Positions 9,227 to 19,132 of a stretch of DNA of 64,000 nt are shown here, piece after piece. The first letter of the stretch is position 1, and the number at the start of each line of letters is the position of its first letter. Source of the DNA: a bacterium (GTDB taxonomy: Bacteria > Bacillota > Clostridia > Lachnospirales > Lachnospiraceae). The translations under genes were made by a program, and so were the position numbers. The notes under the pieces were generated by a model that was not told where the DNA came from, did not search any database, and saw only the letters and a program-made list of their open reading frames with translations. The stretch is taken from the NCBI GenBank assembly GCA_963655255.1, contig CAVKEB010000007.1:13026-77025 (forward strand). The letters are read 5' to 3'.

Positions 9227-10402
9227 TCACAGCTCTCTCGGACCGCCGCCGATCTCCAGCGTATAGAAAGACGCCGGATAGCCAACCTTCTTCCGGTACA
9301 CGTCTCCGAGCTTCTCCCGGAATTCTTCCACGGCCTCATCCTTCACGATGCTCACCGTGCAGCCGCCGAAGCCGCCGCCGGTAATCCGGGAACCGAGGAC
9401 CCCCGGAATCTTCCATGCCTCTTCCGCCAGAATATCTGCCTCCGGGCAGGAGGTCTCATAGTCGTCACGAAGCGAAACATGAGATTCGTTCATCAGTCTG
9501 CCGAAACGCGCTACATCACCGGCCTTCAGTGCCGCAACCGCCTCGATGGTCCGCTGATTCTCATAGACCGCGTGCTTCGCTCTGCGGCGGCAGACCTCGT
9601 CCTCAATGAGATCCTTGTTTGCTTCGTACTCCTCAATCGAAAGATCCCCCAGCGTCTTCACAGGAAGCTTCTTCTGCAGATCCCTCAGCGCACGCCCGCA
9701 CTGCTCTCTTCGAAGGTTATACTCGGAATCCACCAGGCTGTGCTTCTTGTTGGTGTTCGTCACCATCAGCTTCATGCCGGTAAGATTCAGCGGGGCATAT
9801 TCAAACTGCATGCTGTTGGTATCAAGGAAAATCGCGTTGCCCTCCCTGCCCATGGCCGATGCAAACTGGTCCATGATGCCACACTTCATGCCGTTGTACT
9901 CGTTCTCCGAGTACTGACCGATGAAGGCAAGATCTTCATTCGTCAGCTCCGCCTCCATTCCGAAAAAGCTGCGCAGCATCTCTCCCGTCAGCACCTCCAG
10001 CGAAGCTGAGGAGGACAGTCCGGATCCGTTCGGAATGTCTCCGTAGATTACCATGTCAAAACCGCTGTCAATCGGATGCCCCTTCTGTGCAAAGGCCCAT
10101 ACCACGCCCTTCGGATAGTTGGTCCATCCTGCCTCTTTGGAAGGTGTGAGATCATCCAGCGACGTCTGAATCACGCCGATTTTCGCGAAATTCACGGAAA
10201 AGAACCGCATCACGCGGTCCTCTCTCTTTCTGGCCGCCGCATAGGTTCCCAGACTGATCGCGCAGGGAAACACATGCCCGCCGTTGTAGTCCGTGTGCTC
10301 TCCGATCAGATTCACACGTCCCGGTGCAAAGAAAAGGCGGACTCCCCTGGTGTCGCCGAATTCCTTCTCAAATGCCTGTAATACTTCTTCCGTCTGTGTC
10401 AT
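9227..10402 (-). CDS. galK: Galactokinase
   Basis: GRVNLIGEHTDYNGG, PNGSGLSSSAS, GGGFGG motifs; GGAGG SD 8 nt before ATG 10402. Confidence 0.96.
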   Translation of the reverse strand: MTQTEEVLQAFEKEFGDTRGVRLFFAPGRVNLIGEHTDYNGGHVFPCAISLGTYAAARKREDRVMRFFSVNFAKIGVIQTSLDDLTPSKEAGWTNYPKGVVWAFAQKGHPIDSGFDMVIYGDIPNGSGLSSSASLEVLTGEMLRSFFGMEAELTNEDLAFIGQYSENEYNGMKCGIMDQFASAMGREGNAIFLDTNSMQFEYAPLNLTGMKLMVTNTNKKHSLVDSEYNLRREQCGRALRDLQKKLPVKTLGDLSIEEYEANKDLIEDEVCRRRAKHAVYENQRTIEAVAALKAGDVARFGRLMNESHVSLRDDYETSCPEADILAEEAWKIPGVLGSRITGGGFGGCTVSIVKDEAVEEFREKLGDVYRKKVGYPASFYTLEIGGGPREL

Positions 10403-10575
10403 TGCCATACCCTCCCAACGACGCCCCACAGGCGGACCATGCCGCTGCTGTGCAAGGCACACTATAACTGAATAATTATACCAAAAAGAGGCGCGCTTCG
10501 CATCCGGAATGCGGCCCTGTAACACGCAAAAGCAGCAGACAGTGCCGCTGCACCGCCTGCTGCCTGCTGTTCATT

Positions 10576-11442
10576 CTAGTCATCGGGATCCCGCATCACC
10601 ACGACGCCGACCAGGCCGGGGCCTGTGTTCAGCGCCAGAGTCGCCGTGATCTGCTCCTCGAAAAGGATCTGCTTGTCCACCAGCTTCTCATGATTCTCCA
10701 GAAGCTCCTGCATTGCGACCGCCTCCGCGTGCGCATCGCCTTCCTTGATAATCATCCAGGTCTTATGACCGAAGCTGTAACGGATCACCTCTTCCGCCAG
10801 CTTGAGCTTCGCCGTCTTCGCTCCGCGGATCTTCGCCACGGTATAATAAGTTCCGTTTTCATCACAGGAAATGATCGGCTTGATCTTCAGCGCTTCGCCG
10901 AGGGTCCCCGCGACCCTTCCGATCCGGCCGCCTCGCTGCAGATATTTCAGCGTATCCATGTAGAACAATGCCTTGCTGTCACCGAGCTTCTCCGGAAGTC
11001 GTTTGCAGATGGCCTCAAAGGACTCGCCTTTCTGCAGACGGGTCGCCGCCCAGATCGCAAAAATACCGCTCGCCGAGGAAATGTTCTTCGTGTCGAAAAC
11101 AAAGATTTCCAGATCCTCATATTCCGATGCCGCCAGCCGGATGGTATTGTACGTTCCGGACAGACCGCTGGAGATGGTAACCGCGATCACCTTCTCATAG
11201 CCCTTGTCTCTCAGTTCATCGAATTTATCCGTTACTTCTGCCAGAGAAGGCGTGGAAGTCGTCGGAATCTCATCCGGAAAGCGCTGATAGATCATCATGG
11301 GATTGATGTCCACACCGTCCTGATAATCCTTCTCCGGATAAATGACGCGCAGCGGAAGAATCTCAATATCATACTTGCGCCGGATTCTCTCGGGAATATC
11401 GCAGCCGGAGTCAATCAGCACCGCAGTTTTCTGTTCATTCAT
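10576..11442 (-). CDS. DegV/FakB family fatty-acid-binding protein
   Basis: DSGCD, TSTPS, SSGLSGT, LQRGGRIG, TGPG motifs. Confidence 0.92.
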   Translation of the reverse strand: MNEQKTAVLIDSGCDIPERIRRKYDIEILPLRVIYPEKDYQDGVDINPMMIYQRFPDEIPTTSTPSLAEVTDKFDELRDKGYEKVIAVTISSGLSGTYNTIRLAASEYEDLEIFVFDTKNISSASGIFAIWAATRLQKGESFEAICKRLPEKLGDSKALFYMDTLKYLQRGGRIGRVAGTLGEALKIKPIISCDENGTYYTVAKIRGAKTAKLKLAEEVIRYSFGHKTWMIIKEGDAHAEAVAMQELLENHEKLVDKQILFEEQITATLALNTGPGLVGVVVMRDPDD

Positions 11443-11871
11443 AGAGGAATGGTCCTTTTCTCATCTGTTGTCAATCAATGTAGTTTTTAAAACTACATAT
11501 CAAGCATACTCTCCGTACAGCCCCCCGTCAATCAGAATACAGCGGCCAATTATAAAAATTCTGTAACATTTGGTGCCTCTGTTCTTTCGAAGGTTCGCCT
11601 GAAATCTGTCCACATCCCCAGTCATCGTACCGTACTATGTCCGATCAAAAACTCCTGAAACCATCTGCTGAAATCATTTGAATCCAGCAGGTGCCGAACC
11701 GCTGCAAATAGTGTAAACTGGAGCAGACGTCGTTCTCTCGCAGTTCCGCGGCGGAAGGCGGCATTTACCTTATAAATTTACCGATATTAACATGATAATG
11801 ATTCCGCACATCCCGAATATCCTTGCGGAATCGGGATGTGCCAGACGGTTGCAAAATGTCACGGATCACCG

Positions 11872-12023
11872 GCAGCCGCATTCGGCAAAACCGTTACATT
11901 CGAAGACGTCTGATGACATCTTCTCCTGCTTAGAGTGCCGCTTGGCGGCACTCTGTATACAGAGAGAATTCGCCTTCGCGAAATTCTCTCTGATATCGCG
12001 GATTTTGCCTCAGCGAGGAATTA
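11872..12023 (+). repeat. Modular palindromic repeat family, copy c (long multibranch form)
   Basis: Three nested hairpins (GAAGACGTC/GACATCTTC, AGAGTGCCGC/GCGGCACTCT, AGAGAGAATT/AATTCTCTCT) inside GGCAAAA...TTTTGCC; ends in CCTCAGCGAGG just before the methyltransferase ATG. Confidence 0.95.
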
Positions 12024-13280
12024 ATGATGACAATCTCTGAATACTTAAATTATGACACCACTTCACCCGAAAGCCTTGTCACAGACGCGCAGGTCCACAT
12101 CAAAAAGCGCGAGGCCCGCGAGTTCAAGGCAGGAGGCGCCTGGATCTATGACAATGAAATTGAACGCGTCACCGGGGAATTTGAAAACGGGGACATTGTG
12201 AGTGTGCTGGATTTTGACGGGTATTTTCTCGGCTATGGTTTTCTCAACACGCATTCCACCATCCGCGTGCGGATGCTTGCCCGCAGGGAAGAGGATGTCA
12301 TCACGCCTGCATTTCTGAAGGCCCGCGTCCGGGCGGCCTGGAATTACCGGAAGGCAGTCATTGACACATCCTCCTGCCGGGTGATCTTCGGCGAAGCGGA
12401 TTTTCTGCCCGGGCTGACCGTAGATAAATATGAAGATGTCCTCGTTGTGGAATCTCTTGCCCTCGGGACCGAGAAGCTCAAAGACCTGCTTCTTGCCAGC
12501 CTCGTTCAGATTCTGAAGGAGGACGGCATCGCCATCCGTGGAATCTTCGAGCGAAGCGATGCCAAGGTCCGTGAAAAAGAAGGGCTTCCCCGCACGAGCG
12601 GCTTTCTCTCCGAGGAATTTGATACCAGCGTTCCCATCACGGAAAACGGCGTAAAATACATCGTTGACGTCAAGGACGGACAGAAAACCGGATTTTTCCT
12701 TGATCAGAAGGAAAACCGCAGGGCGATCTGGCCCATCTGCCGCGGAGCCGAGGTCCTCGACTGCTTCACGCATACCGGATCCTTCGGCCTGAATGCCGCT
12801 GCCGCAGGCGCTGCGCACGTCACCTCCATTGATGCATCGGAGCTTGCCATCACGCAGGCAAAGGAAAATGCCCGGCTGAACGGATTCACCGACCGCATTG
12901 ACTATGTGGTCGGTGATGTGTTTGATTTTCTCCCTTCCCAGCACCGGGAAGGAAGGAAATATGACGTCGTCATTCTGGATCCTCCGGCGTTCACCAAATC
13001 CCGCAGCTCGGTCAAGGCCGCAATCGGAGGATACCGGGAGATCAACCGTCAGGGCCTTGCGCTCGTCCGGGACGGCGGATTCCTTGCGACCTGCTCCTGC
13101 TCCCATTTCATGACGGCAGACCTCTTCCGGCAGGCCATTGCACAGGCCGCCCATGACGCACACAAGCGTCTCCGTCAGGTGGAATTCCGTCAGCAGGGCC
13201 CGGATCACCCGATTCTGTGGGCGAACGATGCCTCCTATTACCTGAAGTTCTACATCTTCCAGGTTGTGGATGAGAAATAG
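12024..13280 (+). CDS. rlmI: Class I SAM-dependent rRNA methyltransferase, RlmI (23S m5C1962)-like
   Basis: N-terminal PUA-like WIYDNEI; GQKTGFFLDQ; ILDPPAF; TCSCS. Confidence 0.82.
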   Translation: MMTISEYLNYDTTSPESLVTDAQVHIKKREAREFKAGGAWIYDNEIERVTGEFENGDIVSVLDFDGYFLGYGFLNTHSTIRVRMLARREEDVITPAFLKARVRAAWNYRKAVIDTSSCRVIFGEADFLPGLTVDKYEDVLVVESLALGTEKLKDLLLASLVQILKEDGIAIRGIFERSDAKVREKEGLPRTSGFLSEEFDTSVPITENGVKYIVDVKDGQKTGFFLDQKENRRAIWPICRGAEVLDCFTHTGSFGLNAAAAGAAHVTSIDASELAITQAKENARLNGFTDRIDYVVGDVFDFLPSQHREGRKYDVVILDPPAFTKSRSSVKAAIGGYREINRQGLALVRDGGFLATCSCSHFMTADLFRQAIAQAAHDAHKRLRQVEFRQQGPDHPILWANDASYYLKFYIFQVVDEK

Positions 13281-13498
13281 GCCCCGCTTGCGGGTTGATC
13301 TTTCCTGCACGTTTGGGCGAGCCCAGGACTTTTCGTGTCTGTTCTGCAGAAGCGTTCGAGCCGTAGAACTTCCCTGCACGAACAATATGAGCATCCCGCT
13401 TCTGACTTTCCGATGGCGAGGGAAATCATGAACACCGTTTGCCAAACCGCGATTTATTGTGCTGATGCCTGACAGAATTTGAGACAGGGTACCTCTCT

Positions 13499-14614
13499 CT
13501 ACTCCGGGAACGTGTACGCATCCTCAAAATGCCACAGCGCATCCGCGTCATAGGAATCCGGCAGCTTCTCCCAGCCGTCTCCGGTATCAATGTACCACAA
13601 CCCTTCGCCGTCATCGTACTCCATCCATCCGTAATCGCCGTAGTCATCGGAGATTCCTTCCACCCAGTACTGCCATTGAGCCGGTGATACATCGGTATTG
13701 AACCAGAAATACGTTCCGGTTTCACTGTCATAGTAATTGCCATCTGAGCCGAGTGGGCAGGATCTTCCGATCGCATCCACATAGAGTTCCTCCGGCAGCT
13801 CCGCCGGATAGTCAGAATCCGACGAATCCGTTTCCTGATCCCACTGAGAATCCTCTTCCGAAACGTTCACCTCCTGCACCTGCATGCTGCCGGTTTCTTC
13901 TTCATTCCAAAGAGAGACAAATGTCCACGCGAATTTTATGAAGAATAAGACGACCACAATGCCGATGATGATTCCCGCCAGAGAGGATTTTCCCTTTCCT
14001 GTCTCCTCTGAAGAAGCCGTCCCGTTCCCCTCTTTTGCTGACGTTCTTTCCTGCCTCCCGGCTTCGTCCGTAGCCTGCACGGACAGCGGCGCTCCGCAAT
14101 TCGGGCAGTTCGGCAGTGCGCCGCCTTCCCACTTGATCTTGACGGTGGATCCGCAGTATTCACACTTGCAGATCGTCTGTTCATCCTTGATCAGGACGCT
14201 GTCGTAATGGTTTCCGTCCTCATCGTAATATCCCGCCTTGTAGCGGGTTCCTTCACTTTCCCACCCGATCGGATAATATACGTAGTCGTGGTGATGGCAG
14301 GCATACCGGGTCGGATCCGGCCCCTGGTAGAACCTCGGCTGATTCCGTCTGGAGCGATACACCGGCACATAGGTGTGATCACCGCGGTTTCCGGCCGTCC
14401 AGGTCTTCCTCGCTGAAGCGGAATAGGAAGAATGACTGGTCTGCGAATGCCGACTGGCAGAAGAACCCGAGGAATGCCTCGAAGGTCCTCCGGAGGAGCG
14501 CCCTGATGAGAATCCGGACGAATGGCTGGAAGAACTCGACGAAAAGCTCGATGAGTGACTCGACGAAGAATGACTCGATGAGGAATGGCTGGAAGAAGAA
14601 TGTCCGCTCGGCAT
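13499..14614 (-). CDS. Hypothetical membrane protein: Ser/His-rich N-terminus, double CxxC zinc ribbon, one TM, acidic/aromatic C-domain
   Basis: 371-aa ORF with a purine-rich SD (AAAGGAAA); CEYC...CPNC; TM segment IIIGIVVVLFFIKFAWTFVSLW. Confidence 0.75.
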   Translation of the reverse strand: MPSGHSSSSHSSSSHSSSSHSSSFSSSSSSHSSGFSSGRSSGGPSRHSSGSSASRHSQTSHSSYSASARKTWTAGNRGDHTYVPVYRSRRNQPRFYQGPDPTRYACHHHDYVYYPIGWESEGTRYKAGYYDEDGNHYDSVLIKDEQTICKCEYCGSTVKIKWEGGALPNCPNCGAPLSVQATDEAGRQERTSAKEGNGTASSEETGKGKSSLAGIIIGIVVVLFFIKFAWTFVSLWNEEETGSMQVQEVNVSEEDSQWDQETDSSDSDYPAELPEELYVDAIGRSCPLGSDGNYYDSETGTYFWFNTDVSPAQWQYWVEGISDDYGDYGWMEYDDGEGLWYIDTGDGWEKLPDSYDADALWHFEDAYTFPE

Positions 14615-14777
14615 GATATCGTTTCCTTTCTTTATGTTATTCTTTATCCCAATATATCATAGGAAAATCTGAATACAGGAAAACTCTGTAAACAGGATTT
14701 TCCGTGATGAAAGCGCAATTTTTCTCACGGGAGACGGCCGCGCTCACTGCCTGTTCTGAACTTTTCTCACAAAACAG

Positions 14778-16406
14778 CTAAAATCTCCCGTATACTTCCC
14801 GTTCCGAGGCAAGAAGTGCCTCTTCTTCCTCACGGAACTTCTGAAGGAACGGCGTATCCAGAAGATCCTCCAGTTCCTTCTGATCCCGAGCCGCACCCTC
14901 CGGGGTCATGTTCCAGTATTTTTCCGGAGCGCCCTTCAGGCCCATTTTCTCCAGTTCCTGCCGAAGGTTCCCGTATCTGCTGCAGAAGTTCTCGTAATCA
15001 TGTTCTGTCCTGCAGCTGTCTTCGCGCTGATTCGCGGCGGCCTCACAAGCCGCCCCCTGCTTCTTTTTTTCTTCCCCGCCCTGCGTATCTTCCGAATTCC
15101 GCATGATCCCCGCGTTCTGTACGTGATCCGTCGAGGGTGCTTTCGTCCAGGCTTTCTCCGCCATAGCGGAAAGACGCGGAAACAGCTGGAATGCAGCACG
15201 ATTCAAATCCGTCACCCGCTCCGCCCAGAGCGGGCACTCAATTCCCCAGACCTGCTCTTCCCGGTCCTTCAGGTAGTCCGGAACCGGGTCAAAAGCGATG
15301 ATTTTCTTCACATCAATGGTTGAATACGGATAATCCAGATAGCAGAAATCCGTTGTGGACTGAACGATCCTTCCGCCGCGCGATGTGAATTCCTCGATCA
15401 GATCCTTGTCTCCAAGCCACATCTGAACAGCGATTTTCGGAGAGAGCTTCTCTCCCCGGAGAACATCATTCCAGACCAGTGCATGCCGCCCCTTCTCTTC
15501 CAGGTAATCCGCCATGCTCCGCACCAGCCACTGCTGCAGCGCATTCTCGTCAGAAAGGCCGAGCTCCCGGATTTTCGCCTGGCACCTCGGGCAGTTTCTC
15601 CAGTGGACCTTCACCGCTTCGTCTCCTCCAAGATGAAGATAGGAATACGGGAACAGCTCCATGTATTCATCGAGAATGTCCCGCAGCAGGAAGGCCGTTT
15701 TCTCATTTCCCGCACACAGAATTTCTCTGAAAATGCCGCCGGTGATCTGAACCTGCAGTTCTCCGGGATCCGTTCCCTCACAGCTGTATTCCGGATACGC
15801 AGCAAGGAGCGCGCTCTCGTGCCCCGGAATTTCCAGCTCCGGCACGACATCAATGAAGCGATCCGCCGCATATGCCACAATCTCGCGGATATCGTCCTGC
15901 GTAAAAAAGTCGTGCGTCTCTTTCGGTTCCGGGATCCTGGCAAAATCCGCTTTTCCTCTTCTGGCTCCGATTTCGGTCAGTTTCGGATATTTGCGGATTT
16001 CGATCCGCCATCCCTGATCATCCGTAAGATGCCAGTGAAACTTATTGAGCTTCAGGAGCGCTGCCGCATCCAGAAGTCGCTTGATGTCCTCTTTCGGCAG
16101 GAAGTGGCGGCTGGAATCCAGCATAAAGCCGCGATACGAAAAGCGCGGCGCATCCGTGATCTCCATGCAGGGAATCTCCCCGCCGAACTGATTCTTCAGC
16201 TGGCAGAGAGTCTGTTTTCCATAGAAAATTCCGGCAGGCGCCCCCGCAAGCCGGATGCCATCCTCACAAATGTCCAGGCGATAACCTTCCGGATTGTCCT
16301 GAACCTCTTTTTCCTTAACCTGCAGGCGATCACTGCACCTGCACCATCCTTCCTTCCGGATTACCTCATTCGGATACGGAATCAGCTGTAAAATTGTATG
16401 ATCCAT
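14778..16406 (-). CDS. GH20 beta-N-acetylhexosaminidase (cytoplasmic)
   Basis: RGFMLDSSRHF, HWHLTDDQGWR, HLGGDEA catalytic motif; no signal peptide. Confidence 0.93.
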   Translation of the reverse strand: MDHTILQLIPYPNEVIRKEGWCRCSDRLQVKEKEVQDNPEGYRLDICEDGIRLAGAPAGIFYGKQTLCQLKNQFGGEIPCMEITDAPRFSYRGFMLDSSRHFLPKEDIKRLLDAAALLKLNKFHWHLTDDQGWRIEIRKYPKLTEIGARRGKADFARIPEPKETHDFFTQDDIREIVAYAADRFIDVVPELEIPGHESALLAAYPEYSCEGTDPGELQVQITGGIFREILCAGNEKTAFLLRDILDEYMELFPYSYLHLGGDEAVKVHWRNCPRCQAKIRELGLSDENALQQWLVRSMADYLEEKGRHALVWNDVLRGEKLSPKIAVQMWLGDKDLIEEFTSRGGRIVQSTTDFCYLDYPYSTIDVKKIIAFDPVPDYLKDREEQVWGIECPLWAERVTDLNRAAFQLFPRLSAMAEKAWTKAPSTDHVQNAGIMRNSEDTQGGEEKKKQGAACEAAANQREDSCRTEHDYENFCSRYGNLRQELEKMGLKGAPEKYWNMTPEGAARDQKELEDLLDTPFLQKFREEEEALLASEREVYGRF

Positions 16407-16605
16407 TTCATTGTCCCCCTCTGAAAAAGCTTCTCTTTTCAGTTTATACTCTGCCCTCCGTTTTTCCTATAGATAAATGACAGGTAACCATTCCGCAGGC
16501 TGATTTCAATCGTAAATGTGCCCACAGGCGGTCAATTCCTCCTTGAAATCAATATTGTGCTTTTCAAAAAAAGAAAAAATTCATTTTTTGAAAGTGAGCA
16601 GCTAT

Positions 16606-16695
16606 ATGAAGACAATAACGCGAGCCAAACATCCGAAATATAGCTATGAAGGAATCGAAATTCATGATATAGCCGATTGGCTGCTGCAAGAATAA
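16606..16695 (+). pseudogene. Probable 3' remnant of an AAA-family ATPase (DUF4143-type C-terminus)
   Basis: MKTITRAKHPKYSYEGIEIHDIADWLLQE* in an AT-rich spacer. Resembles, from memory, the ...YEGIxIxDIADWLL terminus of such ATPases. Confidence 0.4.
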
Positions 16696-16780
16696 GCAAG
16701 AAAATATCTCCATCATTCTCTTTTGAAATGATGGAGATATTTTTATGTCTATGGAGATCCGGATCCTCCGGCTTTCCTTT

Positions 16781-17392
16781 TCAGCCGGTCAGAAGTTCCG
16801 GATGTTTCTGCAAATACTGCTGTGCGATGATTTTCTGCACCGGATCGAAATTGCTGAAGTCAACCTTTTCCGATACCGGGTCCACCAGAAAAATATAATC
16901 CGATTTTCCCCGGACACAGAAGGTTGGTTCCGCAATATATACCTGATCGGCAACGGATTCCTCTAGGTGGCAGCGGCGCAGCACCTTCCGGATGGTATGA
17001 TCCAGCTGCATCTGCTGCTGAATCTCCCGATCCGTATCTTCCGTACTGCGGTTCACATTGATGAGCTTCTCTGCGGGCAGTTCCCGTGTTTCCAGCATGA
17101 AATTCCGCCCGCTGCTGCTCCCGGGAAGGGCCATGACCGCGATATTCTCGCTCACACAGCTGCACAGGAACTGAAATTCTTCTCCGGTTTCCCGAACCCG
17201 GAAAATCTTCCTCCGATACGGAATGTAATACGTATCATCCGGATAGATTCTGGTTCTGCCGTATTTCAGAATCGCCGGAACCGTGCTCAGAAATGCCGAC
17301 AGGATTTTAATCGGATCTTTCCCGTTTTTTCTCGCAAGAACGATGTGTTCCATGTAAATCTTCCTCAGAATCCATTGTCTGGTCTGCCTCAA
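16781..17392 (-). CDS. Hypothetical protein (start uncertain: TTG 17392 or ATG 17353)
   Basis: About 200-aa ORF starting 4 nt after the symporter stop; no recognised motif. Confidence 0.6.
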   Translation of the reverse strand: MRQTRQWILRKIYMEHIVLARKNGKDPIKILSAFLSTVPAILKYGRTRIYPDDTYYIPYRRKIFRVRETGEEFQFLCSCVSENIAVMALPGSSSGRNFMLETRELPAEKLINVNRSTEDTDREIQQQMQLDHTIRKVLRRCHLEESVADQVYIAEPTFCVRGKSDYIFLVDPVSEKVDFSNFDPVQKIIAQQYLQKHPELLTG

Positions 17393-17396
17393 TCCG

Positions 17397-19031
17397 TCAG
17401 ATCAGAGACAACACGATCACAATCACAATGAAGTACGCAATCAGGGCATAGCTGATCTTGTCCACCTTGCCCGGAATGACATAATAGCCATCCTCATCCT
17501 TCTCTGCAATCTTGCCTGCTGCAGCAAGTTTGGTGACGTAGCCGATGGTCAGTTCACTTCCAACTGCAGTGTCGAACCGGAAATTCTCGTCCAGAGCCTC
17601 GCGGGCCTGCTTCTTCTCATCCGTGATCCGGCTCACGATATAGCCGACTGCGACAGCGAACAGGAAACCGAGGAAGTTCCACCACAGTGAACCGATGGAC
17701 GTGAACTTGAACATATACAGGTCAATGGCAAGTCCCGCGATGACTGCCGCAATGCAGCCCTTCTGATTTGCCTTCTTGCAGAATACCGCCAGCACAAAGG
17801 CAGAGAGCAGGCAGGGATAGAACAGCGGTCCGATCGTATTGATGATATCCAGAACGCCGCCGAGACCGCCGAGGAACAGGGCGACCACTGTGGCAAAAAC
17901 ACCCCACACCAGCGTCATCAGCCGGGAAACCTTCAGGCACTTCTCATCATCCGCCTTCGGATTGATCTTCTTGTAAATGTCGTTGACGCTGACCGTTGCA
18001 AGAGAATTCAGTGCCGAATCCAGACTGGACATACCTGCGGCAAAGACGCCCGCAGTGACAAGTCCCGCAATACCGACCGGAAGATATTTCGATACGAAAG
18101 TCAGCATAACCATGTCGGAATTCTCGAACTGCTGTCCGTTGTAGGCACTGTACAGGCAGATTCCGGAGAACAGGAACAGCAGCGTCTGCAGCGGTGCGAT
18201 GAAACCGGAGAATGCAAGAGACAGCTTGGATTCACGGATGTTCTTGGCCGTCAGCACTCTCTGAATCTGGCTCTGGTCTGTGCCAAGGTAAGCCAGATAC
18301 AGGAAGCCCGATCCGAACAATCCGCCCCAGAAGGTGTAGGAATCCTTCATGTTGAAGGAATAATCCAGTCCGGTCAGAAGGCCGGCTCCCGACGCATTGG
18401 AGAGGATCGTTCCAAGGCCTCCGTCCACCGTAAAGATCGGGATCACGATAGCCAGGACAACACCGAAATAGATGATGAACATCTGCACGACATCCGTCCA
18501 GATGACTGCGGAAATGCCGCCCGTTACGGTATAGATGATGGCGATGATTCCCATCAGAAGAACCGCGGTCTTGGTCGGCAGGCCCGTGATGGTGGACAGC
18601 GCGAGCGCAGGAGCGAACAGCACGACTGCCGTCTGCAGGCCTCTGGAAAGCAGGAAAATCACGGCCAGCAGCGTTCTTGATTTGGATCCGAACCGCTTCT
18701 CCAGATATTCATAGACACTGACCACCTTTGTGTTATAGAAAAACGGAACAAACGTGGTCATCAGAATTGCCATGACAACCGGGAACTGGAACATGAACGT
18801 CACACGGTGCAGGCCGCTGGTATAGCCCCATCCCGGCATACCGATGAAGGATGCCGCCGAGCACTGTGTTGCCAGAACGGACAGGCCGATCGCCCACCAT
18901 GGAATTCTTCTTCCTCCAAGGAAATAATCCCTGGTTGTCTTGTTCGTTTTCCCCATCTTCGAGCCAAGATACATCATGGCCGCAAAGTACAGAATCAGAA
19001 CAGCCCAGTTTACTACTCCGAAACTACTCAT
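17397..19031 (-). CDS. Sodium:solute symporter (SSS), probably sugar
   Basis: DYFLGGR, YEYLEKRFG, GGISAVIWTDVVQ, DQSQIQR, AAGMSSLDSALNS motifs. Confidence 0.93.
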   Translation of the reverse strand: MSSFGVVNWAVLILYFAAMMYLGSKMGKTNKTTRDYFLGGRRIPWWAIGLSVLATQCSAASFIGMPGWGYTSGLHRVTFMFQFPVVMAILMTTFVPFFYNTKVVSVYEYLEKRFGSKSRTLLAVIFLLSRGLQTAVVLFAPALALSTITGLPTKTAVLLMGIIAIIYTVTGGISAVIWTDVVQMFIIYFGVVLAIVIPIFTVDGGLGTILSNASGAGLLTGLDYSFNMKDSYTFWGGLFGSGFLYLAYLGTDQSQIQRVLTAKNIRESKLSLAFSGFIAPLQTLLFLFSGICLYSAYNGQQFENSDMVMLTFVSKYLPVGIAGLVTAGVFAAGMSSLDSALNSLATVSVNDIYKKINPKADDEKCLKVSRLMTLVWGVFATVVALFLGGLGGVLDIINTIGPLFYPCLLSAFVLAVFCKKANQKGCIAAVIAGLAIDLYMFKFTSIGSLWWNFLGFLFAVAVGYIVSRITDEKKQAREALDENFRFDTAVGSELTIGYVTKLAAAGKIAEKDEDGYYVIPGKVDKISYALIAYFIVIVIVLSLI

Positions 19032-19132
19032 TTTGTTATTCCCCTCCTTGTTGTGAATGCGTTCCGCGCTGCCGTTTCCCGCTCTGTCCGCCCCTGCCTG
19101 CGGGCCCCCGCGTGAAACCGCGCGTGAAACCT

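Noticed and set aside
11580..11790. Possible structured ncRNA in the degV-rlmI divergent spacer, including one ATCTGTCCACA
   Set aside because: No recognisable riboswitch or sRNA motif; a single iteron-like match can be chance.
11792..12040. 82-aa ORF upstream of the RlmI-like gene (and other ORF-track entries over repeat copies, such as 31966..32298, 46444..46746 and 56745..57008)
   Set aside because: Translations of the repeat element; no independent evidence of coding.
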